Part shown: positions 15,351-24,579 of the stretch, one piece after another
Position numbering within the stretch: the first letter of the stretch is position 1
Layout of the letters: every line of letters starts with the position of its first letter
NCBI GenBank assembly: GCA_049700355.1
Contig: JBNAVG010000003.1
Location: 1 to 28,611 of the forward strand
DNA length: 28,611 nucleotides
Direction of reading: 5' to 3'
From: Candidatus Micrarchaeales archaeon
Lineage (GTDB): Archaea > Micrarchaeota > Micrarchaeia > Micrarchaeales > JBNAVG01
Program-made: the position numbers and the translations under genes
The notes under the pieces: model-generated
Seen by the model: only the letters and a program-made list of their open reading frames with translations
Told to the model about the DNA's origin: nothing
Databases searched by the model: none

Positions 15351-17255
15351 TTAGCAAAGTTGTAAAACATCAAGATTATTTGGAACAAATGTTTGTGTTT
15401 TTGTAACATTCCTTATTGCTTGAGCTAATTGTAAAGATTTTTCTTCTTCACCATGCATAACAAAAATTTTCTTTGGTCTTGGTTGAAGATTTTGTACAAA
15501 ATTCAAAAGCTGTACTCTATCGCTATGCCCAGAAAAACCTTCTATTGTTTCAATCTGCATTTTTATTTGATATTTTTTCAGTTTTCCTTCATCATCTAGT
15601 AAAGCAATTTCTCTTATACCACTCTGTAGCTTTCTTCCTAGAGAGGTTGGTGAGTTATAACCAACAAAAATCAATAAATTTTTTGGATTATCACACATAA
15701 GTTTTAGGTACTCTAAGCTTGTTCCACCATTTAACATTCCACCACTTGCTAATATTACACTCCCCCCAGATTCAACAATTTCTTTTTTATCCTTTTTCAC
15801 TATTTCGAATATCGGGTTTTCAAAAGGGGATTGATTGTTTAAAACTTTTCTTTGAATACCCTCTTTTAAGTACTCTGGATAAACAGTATGAATAGCACTT
15901 GCCTCTAGTATCATACCATCTAAGTATACTGGAGCATTAAAATAATACTCTTTATTCCTTAAGTATTCATCTATAACGAGCATTATTTCTTGACTTCTAC
16001 CTACCGAGAAAAGAGGTATTAAAACACTCCCCCCGTTTTCTATTGTTTGTTTTATCATTTTCATTAATCTACTTTCAGCTTCATACCTCTTTGGCATTAT
16101 ATCTTGCTTTCCACCATATGTGCTTTCTATAAATAAAGAGTCTACTCTTGGAAAATGTGTTTCAGCTACATCAAAAAGTCTTGAAAACCCATATTTAATA
16201 TCTCCCGTGTAAAGCAAATTATACAAACCTTCGCCTATATGTAAGTGCACCATAGCACTTCCTAAAATATGCCCTGCATTGTGAAAAGTAAGTCTAATCT
16301 CATTTGTTATATCAGTCACCTCTCCATAATCCCTTGTTATAAAGTTTGAAAGCATTTTTTTTACATCTTTTGAAGAATACGGTGGCTTATGACCGGATTT
16401 TTCAACTATGTTTATATAATCTAAAAGAAGTAATGCAGCAAGCTCCTTTGTTGGTGGCGTAGAATAAACAGGACCTTTATATCCATAGCTGAAAAGATAT
16501 GGAATAAACCCTATATGGTCCATATGTGCATGGCTTACCACTATAGCATCTATATCCTCTAGAGGAAAGCCTAAAGAATTTAGATAAGGAAAAGCTTTTT
16601 CAGCTTCTTCTACTCCAAGGACACCCGGCTCTGGAGAAATACCACAATCTATTAAAACTTTTGAATTTTTTGTTTGCACCAATAGACTACTCCTTCCTAC
16701 CTGTCTAAAACCACCCAATGCGATTGCTTTAACATTTTCACTTTTTTCTAAAACTTTTTTATTTATTTTCTTACCAACTTCGTTTAAAAATCTTTTTCTT
16801 TTTTTCTCCGTTTTAAAAAACAAGCTCCTTGTAAGAGTAATTGTTTCTGAGTTTATAGTTGGAACTCTAAGTGTTCTTGGAATCCATCCTGTTGCTTTTA
16901 TTATAACCCTTAAATTATTTCCTTTTTTTCCAATAACCAAGCCAGGCTTCAATGCTTCTATATAAACCTCTCTAAACTTCGGCAAAAAATTTATACTTTT
17001 AATACCAGCTTCTTTTGGTAATATCCTTAAGATTTCTTTTTTAGCTTCTTCTTCTTTTTTTAAGTTTGTGCTTCTTGCAATGATCTTCTTTTTTAATGTT
17101 GTAGCAAGTTGCTTTAATATTGCTTCGTTAGAGTAAATTAAGTTTGGGTCATCAACATAAATAACTATATCGCTTCCTTCAAATTCAACTTTTTTAAAAC
17201 TACCCACTATTCTTTCAACTATCTCTTCTACTTCCTCAATTTCCATAAAGTTCAC
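15351..17255 (-). CDS. fttA: aCPSF1 / FttA beta-CASP ribonuclease with two N-terminal KH domains (transcription termination factor)
   Basis: 634 aa. VEFEGSDIVIY, IEALKPGLVIGKKG, LGGFRQVGRS, HAHMDH, GHILGS, ESTYGG, SGGMLNGG, GFSGHSD, HGE. Directly follows psmB, a conserved pairing. The start may be the ATG at 17246 rather than the GTG at 17255. Confidence 0.95.
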   Translation of the reverse strand: MNFMEIEEVEEIVERIVGSFKKVEFEGSDIVIYVDDPNLIYSNEAILKQLATTLKKKIIARSTNLKKEEEAKKEILRILPKEAGIKSINFLPKFREVYIEALKPGLVIGKKGNNLRVIIKATGWIPRTLRVPTINSETITLTRSLFFKTEKKRKRFLNEVGKKINKKVLEKSENVKAIALGGFRQVGRSSLLVQTKNSKVLIDCGISPEPGVLGVEEAEKAFPYLNSLGFPLEDIDAIVVSHAHMDHIGFIPYLFSYGYKGPVYSTPPTKELAALLLLDYINIVEKSGHKPPYSSKDVKKMLSNFITRDYGEVTDITNEIRLTFHNAGHILGSAMVHLHIGEGLYNLLYTGDIKYGFSRLFDVAETHFPRVDSLFIESTYGGKQDIMPKRYEAESRLMKMIKQTIENGGSVLIPLFSVGRSQEIMLVIDEYLRNKEYYFNAPVYLDGMILEASAIHTVYPEYLKEGIQRKVLNNQSPFENPIFEIVKKDKKEIVESGGSVILASGGMLNGGTSLEYLKLMCDNPKNLLIFVGYNSPTSLGRKLQSGIREIALLDDEGKLKKYQIKMQIETIEGFSGHSDRVQLLNFVQNLQPRPKKIFVMHGEEEKSLQLAQAIRNVTKTQTFVPNNLDVLQLC

Positions 17256-17261
17256 AGTAAT

Positions 17262-17888
17262 TTATTCCTTTAAGAGTTTCTCTATTTCTTCCTTTGAATA
17301 TTCAAAATACCCTTCTTTAGTTATTTTTACGATATCTATTCCATCTCCAGTTGCAGCATCCCTTCTCATTGCTATATTTAGGGCTTTTATTCCTATTTTT
17401 AAGTTTTCATCAGTTGTTCTGTTTGCTTTATATGCTTCTTCTAAAATTCCTATAGCTGTTAGAGAACCAGAGCCTGTTGCAGTGAAGTTTTCTTTTGTAT
17501 AACCTCCAAGAGGATCTATATTGTAAAGTTCAGGCTCTCCCCTTTCGTTTATTCCACCAATTAACATTTGTACAAGGAATGGAAAATACTTGTTTGATTG
17601 TAAGATATTTGCTAGTAAAGTTGAAGCCACTTTTGGGCTCATTGATAAATTGGTATTAAACCTATAAATTTCGGAATGATACCTAAGTAAGCGTATTAGC
17701 TCTAATGCATCACCAACACCACCAGCTATTGTAACCCCTAAGTTATCACTAATCTTATAGATTTTTTTGACTTCTTTACTTGCTATGAAAGTATCCATAG
17801 TAGCTCTTTTATCAGCTCCAAGTATTACTCCATCTTGGCAAACAAGTCCTATTGTTGTAGTCCCCTTTTTTATTTTTTCCATATTCAT
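17262..17888 (-). CDS. psmB: Proteasome beta subunit
   Basis: Propeptide then G|TTTIG, ADKRAT, KKIYKI, TIAGGVGDA, TGSGS, A.RRDAATGDG. Confidence 0.96.
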   Translation of the reverse strand: MNMEKIKKGTTTIGLVCQDGVILGADKRATMDTFIASKEVKKIYKISDNLGVTIAGGVGDALELIRLLRYHSEIYRFNTNLSMSPKVASTLLANILQSNKYFPFLVQMLIGGINERGEPELYNIDPLGGYTKENFTATGSGSLTAIGILEEAYKANRTTDENLKIGIKALNIAMRRDAATGDGIDIVKITKEGYFEYSKEEIEKLLKE

Positions 17889-17903
17889 AGGATCACAAAG
17901 AGA

Positions 17904-18167
17904 TTATTTTATTTGTGAATTTACATTTTTAAAACTTTCCTTTTCAATCAGTAAATTATTTTTTTCTCCTTCGGGTTCTGCAATTGCATACGTTCTATAT
18001 TTTTTGATTATCCTTACTTTATATTCATTCCCTATTTTTGGGTTACAATTTCTAATAAAAATAAAACTTTCACCAACTTTCCCTATACCCTCACCTTTTG
18101 AATTTTTTGCAATTATAGTTACACTTATTACTTCTCCTTCTTCTATTTCTTCCATATACCTACCCAT
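17904..18167 (-). CDS. Single TRAM-domain RNA-binding protein
   Basis: 87 aa. EEGEVISVTI...KGEGIGKVGESFIFI...GNEYKVRIIK...YAIAE matches the archaeal stand-alone TRAM pattern. Confidence 0.8.
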   Translation of the reverse strand: MGRYMEEIEEGEVISVTIIAKNSKGEGIGKVGESFIFIRNCNPKIGNEYKVRIIKKYRTYAIAEPEGEKNNLLIEKESFKNVNSQIK

Positions 18168-18196
18168 CCTATTGATTTATTTTTTAATTATTCTTT

Positions 18197-18532
18197 TTAA
18201 AATTTCCTACTAATTCTTTTATTGGCGATGTTGGGGAGTGAGAGGTATATAAGAATAAAAAATAACGCTATGGATATAGAAGAATAAAGGATTAGAGCAA
18301 AACCTCGAATTGAATTTATTTGTGAATATGCTTCTTCAGCATATTCTTTTGCTAACCTAGCATAAAAATCAGCTTCACTTGTGTTACTCGAGTTTAAGCT
18401 TTTTTCTAAATAAAAAATTGCTTTTGAAAGCTGTGGAGAAAAAAATCCAAAAGAATTTTGAGCTACTACTTGGATTGTTTGGTTTGCATCTATTTGAATA
18501 CTGCTCAATAAAATTAAAAAAGGGATTATCAT
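18197..18532 (-). CDS. Hypothetical small membrane-anchored protein
   Basis: 111 aa with a hydrophobic N-terminus, a helical middle and a C-terminal TM plus basic tail. Starts 2 nt after the tfb stop on the same strand. Confidence 0.6.
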   Translation of the reverse strand: MIIPFLILLSSIQIDANQTIQVVAQNSFGFFSPQLSKAIFYLEKSLNSSNTSEADFYARLAKEYAEEAYSQINSIRGFALILYSSISIALFFILIYLSLPNIANKRISRKF

Positions 18533-18534
18533 GC

Positions 18535-19578
18535 TTATAAATCAACTTTTAAATTCAATGCTTTCTTAAGTTCTCTATACCTATTTCTTATGGTTACTTC
18601 TGTTACACCAGCGACATCAGCAACTTCTTTCTGAGTCCTTCTTTCTCCTAATAATGTTGCTGCTATATAAACTGCGGCAGCAGCTACTCCAGTAGGACTT
18701 CTTCCAGAGATTAAGCCTTTACTTAGAGCTTCTTTTAGAAGTTCTTCAGCTTTTTTTTCTACTTCACCACCAAGTTTTAACGCGGCAACATATCTTGGAA
18801 CATAGTTTGTTGGGTCGGTAAGTGGAATTTTAATGTCTAATTCATGAGAAATAAACCTATAAGCCCTTCCAATGTCCTTTTTTGAGATTCCACTGACATT
18901 TGCAATTTCTTCAAGAGTCCTTGGCATACCTTCTTCTCTGCATACAGCATAAATAACTGCTGCAACAACAGTTTCTAATGGTCTTCCTCTTATTAAACCT
19001 TTTTCTACACATTTTCTATAAAGAAGGGCTATGCTATTTCTAATATTCTCCGGAAGCCCAAGATAACTTGAAATTCTATCAAGCTCACTTAGAGCAATGG
19101 CTAAATTCCTTTCTATAGAAGTTGCTACACTTGCTCTTTTATGCCATTTTCTCATCCTATAGAATTGGGATTGCCTTTTTGATGGAAGCTTTGAACCCCT
19201 TATATCCCTATTATACTGATCGATTTCAGTTACAAGCCCTTTATTTGGACGCATATAGCTAATGGGAGCCCCACCCCTTACTCTTTTTTCTCTTTGTTCA
19301 GCATCAAAAGCTCTCCATTCTGGACCAAATTCTATTATATTCTCCTCGATTACAAGCCCGCAGTCAGCACAGATAAGCTCCCCTTTTTCTGGGTCCTTAA
19401 CTAAATTAGTACTTCCACATCTAGGACAAGCTTTTATCTCCTCTTCAACTTTCTTCTTTTTAATTTGCATTTCTTCCTTTTCTTGTGGTGCTTTTTCTTC
19501 GATTTTTTCTATTTTTATTTCTACTCTTTTTTTCTTTTCCTTCTTTCTTTCCTTCTTTTCCTTCTTTTCTTTTCCCAT
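18535..19578 (-). CDS. tfb: Transcription initiation factor IIB with Lys/Glu-rich N-terminal extension
   Basis: Zn ribbon CPRC...CADC, B-reader GPEWRAF, two cyclin repeats, GRSPTGVAAAAVY, VAGVTEVTIRNRY. The frame is open to 19725; I prefer ATG 19578 because a BRE-TATA lies at 19630-19645. Confidence 0.95.
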   Translation of the reverse strand: MGKEKKEKKERKKEKKKRVEIKIEKIEEKAPQEKEEMQIKKKKVEEEIKACPRCGSTNLVKDPEKGELICADCGLVIEENIIEFGPEWRAFDAEQREKRVRGGAPISYMRPNKGLVTEIDQYNRDIRGSKLPSKRQSQFYRMRKWHKRASVATSIERNLAIALSELDRISSYLGLPENIRNSIALLYRKCVEKGLIRGRPLETVVAAVIYAVCREEGMPRTLEEIANVSGISKKDIGRAYRFISHELDIKIPLTDPTNYVPRYVAALKLGGEVEKKAEELLKEALSKGLISGRSPTGVAAAAVYIAATLLGERRTQKEVADVAGVTEVTIRNRYRELKKALNLKVDL

Positions 19579-19629
19579 TTTTTCACAGATAGATTTAAAA
19601 ATCTTTCTATTTTCTTTTAGAAGAGTGAA

Positions 19630-19645
19630 TTTATAAAGCTTTCTC
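19630..19645 (-). promoter_or_regulatory. Putative BRE-TATA promoter for the tfb run
   Basis: Minus strand reads GAGAAAGC-TTTATAAA, about 50 nt upstream of ATG 19578. Confidence 0.5.
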
Positions 19646-19702
19646 TTTGAATAGTATTTTTTCTTTCTATTTCCTCTGTAGCCCTTATCTCTTGTATTCA
19701 TC

Positions 19703-19734
19703 GCATTTTGCGTTTGCATTTGCATTTTGCATTT
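19703..19734. repeat. Five imperfect tandem GCATTT(T) units in the divergent tfb / membrane-operon intergenic region
   Basis: gcatttt-gcgttt-gcattt-gcatttt-gcattt, read directly. Confidence 0.7.
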
Positions 19735-19776
19735 AACAAAACAAAAATATTTATTTATATTAAGTAAATTATTTAT

Positions 19777-20517
19777 ATGCCAAATGTTCTTAAAACTACC
19801 TTCTCTGCTTATTTCAAAAATCTAAAACAAATTTTATTCTTTTCATTTGCTTTTTTAATAACTTTTTCGATTCCAATTTTTGCTGGAATGCCAACTTATT
19901 TAGCCTTAGGTGGAATATTCTTAAGAAGCGGTGGAATATTTCTTACTGTAACTTTAAAAGATATAACAATAATAATCCTATCGATGTTCCTTTCCTTATT
20001 TTTTCTTAGCATTGGGATAGTAGCTATAAACCTATTAATAAAGGCTCAAAAAGCATATACAAAAACTAGTAAATCAAAACTTGCAGAGTTTTCTATCTAT
20101 ACATTTAAAGTCTTCTTAATCTTTTCAATCTTTTCTATTTTACAGTTTCTTTTTAGTTTAATTGGTTATCTTTACAATATTCAAGAATTTGTATACTTGG
20201 CTCTTTTTATTTTTTCCCTTTTTATTTTCTATGCCCCAGCCGGAATTGTGATAGATGAGTTTAGTATTTTCAGTTCTTTGATCTATAGCTTTAAATTTAT
20301 TTTTAAAAAACCACAATACTTTTTAATTTGGTTGATCTTTGGAAGTTTGAGTATTATCCTAGTAACATTTATTTCTTCAGCCTTTCAAGGATTTATATTT
20401 AACTTCCCGATCGGGGAGTTTTTAGCCCTTTCCATAAATTCATTTTTTGTAGCACCATTGCTCATTATTTTACAGGCCGAAAGCTTTTTAAGAAAATATC
20501 CTTTATTCAAAAAATAA
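19777..20517 (+). CDS. Hypothetical polytopic membrane protein (about 6 TM)
   Basis: 246 aa, Phe/Ile/Leu-rich, with alternating TM and short basic loops. No family motif I can name with confidence. Confidence 0.75.
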   Translation: MPNVLKTTFSAYFKNLKQILFFSFAFLITFSIPIFAGMPTYLALGGIFLRSGGIFLTVTLKDITIIILSMFLSLFFLSIGIVAINLLIKAQKAYTKTSKSKLAEFSIYTFKVFLIFSIFSILQFLFSLIGYLYNIQEFVYLALFIFSLFIFYAPAGIVIDEFSIFSSLIYSFKFIFKKPQYFLIWLIFGSLSIILVTFISSAFQGFIFNFPIGEFLALSINSFFVAPLLIILQAESFLRKYPLFKK

Positions 20518-20548
20518 AAAATAAAAAGAATAAAAACCTTAAAAAAGT

Positions 20549-22195
20549 ATGAAAAAGTTTCTTTTATTCTTATCTTTATTAATGCTTGTTACGGCTCAGA
20601 CACAACAGCAACCAGCATCCTGTATTGTATTCCGTACTGGCATTACCTATTTTTATTCTGACCAAAAGTGTAGCAGCGATTCAGTTTTATTTACTTGTAG
20701 CTATCAACCTCCATCTGATATTGGAAATCTTTATGGAGAATGTTTAAGTATTTCCAACCCAATTTGTGAAGATGCATTTAAAGTATGCTCTGCTCAACAG
20801 ACACAAAAACCACAATCAGTAAAATTTTTATCTGGTCTTTCAACAACTGGAATCGGTAATGAGCAACCATTTGTAATAGCAGTTTTTTATAGTACTACAG
20901 ATTGTAATACTCCAATTTCTGTAGCTTTTGTAAATATACCAATTGGAAAAGCTCAAAACATTCCTGGTGGGCAAATATGTGAGACTGGAGTATGCTACTC
21001 AAGTGATACAGCTTGTTTTCAAGAAGCTACCAAGCAAGTTAGTGGTGGAGGAGAGAAGCGGATTAATTTTTGTTCTCAGTCTGCTGTTCCTCTGCAATTT
21101 CAATCTCTTTCTTTGTTAGCATTGCTTTTTACTTTTACTCTTCTTGGACTTTTGTATTCTATTGGTGAGATTACTTCATCTTCTTCAATTAAAGCATTTG
21201 TAAAATCAGAATATTTCGAAGGAATAAAAAGTATTATTCTATTTGTAGGAATTTTTTCTATATTAGCTACGATGAATTCTTTGCTTCTTCCATTAACTGG
21301 AGAAAAAGATTTAATAAATGGTGCATGTAATAAAGCACTGGAAATAAAAGGTACTCCTACTACTGGTGGAATAGAAAAAATTCAACAGGAAGTGTTTAAT
21401 TATGCATTCCAACTTGGTGTTTTTGCTCCTTTAACACTATCTTTTGGTTTTGGTATAAATCTTGGTAAAATATTAGGAGTATCTATAAACTCGATGGGTA
21501 CCTTTCTTCCTTCAAGTATAATTGAATGGGCCTATCCTCCAACAAAATTTACACTTATAAACTATGTGATTAATGATGTAGTTTATGGTATAGAAAACTC
21601 TTTTCTGATTGCTATCGCTAGAGTAGCTATTTTAACTTTAACCCCTATATTCGTGTATCAATTTTTACTTCCTGTTGGTTTACTTTTTAGGGGTTTTCCG
21701 ATTTTGAGGAAAATAGGAGGTTTCTTTATAGCTTTAAGCATAGGGCTTTTAATTATCTACCCTTCCCTTGTTTTATTTTTTGATTATCCATTTCTAAAAA
21801 CTGTAATAAACGCAGTTCAACCAACTTCACCTATTTTACAACAAATTTCCCAACTTTCTCTTCCAATAGAAGTAAACTTACCAATATTTGGAAAAGTAAA
21901 GATAAATATACTTTCTATTTTCTTACCTTTCCTTGTAAGCTCAATACCAGCTTCTATAATTAGTATTATATCCATTGTTGATATTGGAGCTGTTCTTTTT
22001 CCATCTATTATTTCTTTATACTTACCATTAAATTATTTCCTTTCTGCAGTTAGCGTAAATTTGGCTCAAATGGTTGTAGTTTTTATAGACCTTCTTATAA
22101 TGTATACTTTAATACTTGATTTGAGTGATATTATAGGAGGAAAGTTTAAAATTGCTGGAAGGGAGGTGCAAGGTTTTGGTTTCCTTAAGCTTTAG
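20549..22195 (+). CDS. Membrane paralog 1 of 6 (putative CedA/VirB6-like) with N-terminal Cys-rich extracellular domain
   Basis: Signal peptide, 11 Cys in roughly the first 175 aa. Motif A: LLYSIGEITSSSSIKAFVKSEYFEGIKS. Motif B: LPVGLLFRGFPILRKIGGFFIALSIGLLIIYP. Confidence 0.8.
   Translation: MKKFLLFLSLLMLVTAQTQQQPASCIVFRTGITYFYSDQKCSSDSVLFTCSYQPPSDIGNLYGECLSISNPICEDAFKVCSAQQTQKPQSVKFLSGLSTTGIGNEQPFVIAVFYSTTDCNTPISVAFVNIPIGKAQNIPGGQICETGVCYSSDTACFQEATKQVSGGGEKRINFCSQSAVPLQFQSLSLLALLFTFTLLGLLYSIGEITSSSSIKAFVKSEYFEGIKSIILFVGIFSILATMNSLLLPLTGEKDLINGACNKALEIKGTPTTGGIEKIQQEVFNYAFQLGVFAPLTLSFGFGINLGKILGVSINSMGTFLPSSIIEWAYPPTKFTLINYVINDVVYGIENSFLIAIARVAILTLTPIFVYQFLLPVGLLFRGFPILRKIGGFFIALSIGLLIIYPSLVLFFDYPFLKTVINAVQPTSPILQQISQLSLPIEVNLPIFGKVKINILSIFLPFLVSSIPASIISIISIVDIGAVLFPSIISLYLPLNYFLSAVSVNLAQMVVVFIDLLIMYTLILDLSDIIGGKFKIAGREVQGFGFLKL
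22162..22168 (+). promoter_or_regulatory. Shine-Dalgarno GGAGGTG inside the paralog 1 3' end, serving paralog 2
   Basis: Perfect archaeal SD 7 nt before an in-frame TTG at 22176. Confidence 0.5.
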
Positions 22196-23180
22196 TTTTT
22201 TGATTCTCCAAAATTATTGCAATTTTGGTAGTGAGTATGTTTCTGGATGGGCGCCAGTTTCACTTTTAGTTATTCTAACTGTAATTACAGTTCTTTCCTT
22301 ACTTTATTCTTTATCCCCATTTTTAGGTGTTTATGGAAGGAAGTTAAAGATCCAATTAAAAGAGGAATTTGTGCAAGCTGTAATTTCAATCTTTTTAATT
22401 TCATCGATCTTTGTAATACTCAAACTTTTTTGTGACATCTCATCAGGTGACCCATTTCAACAAAGTGAAGGTTTTCTTCAGCGATTACTCATTAAAGGAA
22501 TAAACCTTTATGTAGAAGGTTACCTTTATGAGGTTAGATTCTTAATTCTAGGAACACTATTTGAAAATGTGCCACCTCTTCAGGTTGGTCTTCAATCTGG
22601 TGGGCTAGCTTGTGGCGGAGTAACTTCAACTCCTTTTATTAATCTTTTAGTAACCGTAGATACTATAATTAATGGTTTTATAACGATTTCATATGCTTCA
22701 ATTTATTTTATTCTTTTGGTTTTAGCCTTTGCAAGGGAATATGCGTTTAGCGTTATACTTCCGATTGGAATTATTTGTAGAGTCATCCCTCAAACAAGAA
22801 GAGCCGCAGATTTCTTTATAGCTTTGAGCATAGGTTTATATATATTCCTTCCAGCAATATTATTGATGAATGATTCTCTTGTACAACAAATTAAGCCACA
22901 ACAAATAGAGACTCCTCCAGCAGCAAAAGATTTAGTTTCTTATCTTTCTTCTTTTCAGTATATATCAAATACCCTTCTAGTTTCAGCTATAAATATTTTT
23001 AAGGTAGGTGATTTTTCAAATTTTATAAGAGAAGTAGCTTGGTATTATTTCTTTGCAGTATTTATGCTTGGAATAGATATATCACTTCTAACAACATTTG
23101 TAGAAACTCTTGGCAATGCGTTGAGTATAGGTTTTGGATCTTTATCAACTAGAATGAGGGAAGCATATGCACCAGGTTAG
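22176..23180 (+). CDS. Membrane paralog 2 of 6 (putative CedA/VirB6-like)
   Basis: The ORF track opens at 22152; the SD favours TTG 22176. Motif A: LLYSLSPFLG...LKIQLKEEFVQAVIS. Motif B: LPIGIICRVIPQTRRAADFFIALSIGLYIFLP. Confidence 0.8.
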   Translation: MVSLSFSFLILQNYCNFGSEYVSGWAPVSLLVILTVITVLSLLYSLSPFLGVYGRKLKIQLKEEFVQAVISIFLISSIFVILKLFCDISSGDPFQQSEGFLQRLLIKGINLYVEGYLYEVRFLILGTLFENVPPLQVGLQSGGLACGGVTSTPFINLLVTVDTIINGFITISYASIYFILLVLAFAREYAFSVILPIGIICRVIPQTRRAADFFIALSIGLYIFLPAILLMNDSLVQQIKPQQIETPPAAKDLVSYLSSFQYISNTLLVSAINIFKVGDFSNFIREVAWYYFFAVFMLGIDISLLTTFVETLGNALSIGFGSLSTRMREAYAPG

Positions 23181-24579
23181 ACCAATGTACCTTTTATTTT
23201 TAGTTTTTCTTATAAATTTTGTTTATTCTAATTCATATTTCTTTTTGCTACAAGTAACATACGAAAAAACAATTAATCAATGGTTGCCATTGATTTTAAT
23301 TGCTGGAATTCTTGCTTTAGGTATAGTTGGAATTGTCTATGCGATTGCTTCAGCGTTTAACATAGAAAAATTAAAAACTTACGCTTCTTCCGAAATCCCT
23401 CAGGTTATAGCAACAATTTTATTTGCTTCTATAATTGTTATAATTTTAAAATTTGGTTCTATGTTGCTTATCAGTTATGAAAATTCAATTTTGCCACAAG
23501 AAAGTTTACAAAAAGTTTGTGAGAACATAAAAAACGCTCATTCATCACTTAACTTTTTTACTCCAAGCAATACTGCTGCATATGGGTTGGATGCGATTTA
23601 TGGATTTGCAAATACTGGGGATGAAGGGACCCCTTCTATATGTGATACAGTTTCAAATCCAAGTGGAAGGGAGCCATACTATTTTTTAGCAAGTTCAGAA
23701 ATAATTTTGTTAAACAATACTGTTAGACTTATTAATTTTTCAAATTCAATTTATGTTTTGCATACTGTTCTTTCCTTCTTTAAAGAACTGAAGAATGAAA
23801 TAGATATCAACCCAGTAGCTACTATTTCATTCTCACCATATGCTGGATTTGATCCTTTGGCAAGTGCGGTAAAAGGAATAGAAGCAGATATAATTGGTTA
23901 TATTTCATTCAATTTTATTTCTATAACACTTTTATTTTTTATTTATAGATATTGGGTTACAATTTTAATTGCAGGAATTTTACTTAGAACTTTCTCATTT
24001 ACTAGAAAACTCGGTGGTTTCTTAATAGCTTTTGTAATCTCTACTATTTTTATAACTCCATTAATTTACTTTCTTACTTACTCAGTTATTACAAAAACTT
24101 GGATTACTCCTCTTTCAATGAACCCAGACCCTTCTATAAAACCAGTATGCCCACAAGTACAACAAAATCCAACACCACCTGAAAACCTTCCACCTGGTTA
24201 TGGGTATTATACAACTACAATTTCCCCTTCCTCTCCATATACCACTTCGTTAGCCTATCAAGGGTTTTGTGGTTGTTTTTGGCAACCTTATAATCAGAAT
24301 ATTTTATTTTGGGAAGTGAAGCAATTCTTTTTAAACCTAGGTTCTGCTTTGCTTACACTTCCATCTGTTACGGTTTTTGAGGGTTATTCATGTAATATAG
24401 ATACAGCAACTGCATACGTTACTTTTCTTGGCTCTTCGGAATTTATGGGAAAGTTAGCTGTTGAGACTTATCTCTTTCCACTTATAAGTTTTTTTGTTAC
24501 TTTGGCTAATATTATAGGACTTTCATGGCTTTTTGGTGGTACAACAAGAATATTTGGTATTGAAAAATTGGTGGGATGA
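23167..24579 (+). CDS. Membrane paralog 3 of 6 (putative CedA/VirB6-like) with Pro/Cys-rich insert after motif B
   Basis: Motif A: IVYAIASAFNIEKLKTYASSEIPQVIAT. Motif B: IAGILLRTFSFTRKLGGFLIAFVISTIFITP. Overlaps paralog 2 by 14 nt. Confidence 0.8.
   Translation: MHQVRPMYLLFLVFLINFVYSNSYFFLLQVTYEKTINQWLPLILIAGILALGIVGIVYAIASAFNIEKLKTYASSEIPQVIATILFASIIVIILKFGSMLLISYENSILPQESLQKVCENIKNAHSSLNFFTPSNTAAYGLDAIYGFANTGDEGTPSICDTVSNPSGREPYYFLASSEIILLNNTVRLINFSNSIYVLHTVLSFFKELKNEIDINPVATISFSPYAGFDPLASAVKGIEADIIGYISFNFISITLLFFIYRYWVTILIAGILLRTFSFTRKLGGFLIAFVISTIFITPLIYFLTYSVITKTWITPLSMNPDPSIKPVCPQVQQNPTPPENLPPGYGYYTTTISPSSPYTTSLAYQGFCGCFWQPYNQNILFWEVKQFFLNLGSALLTLPSVTVFEGYSCNIDTATAYVTFLGSSEFMGKLAVETYLFPLISFFVTLANIIGLSWLFGGTTRIFGIEKLVG

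Noticed and set aside
19579-19725. 49 extra N-terminal TFB codons in the track ORF
   Set aside because: They contain a promoter-like box and a short tandem repeat, so they are probably untranslated. Kept as an open question in the findings.
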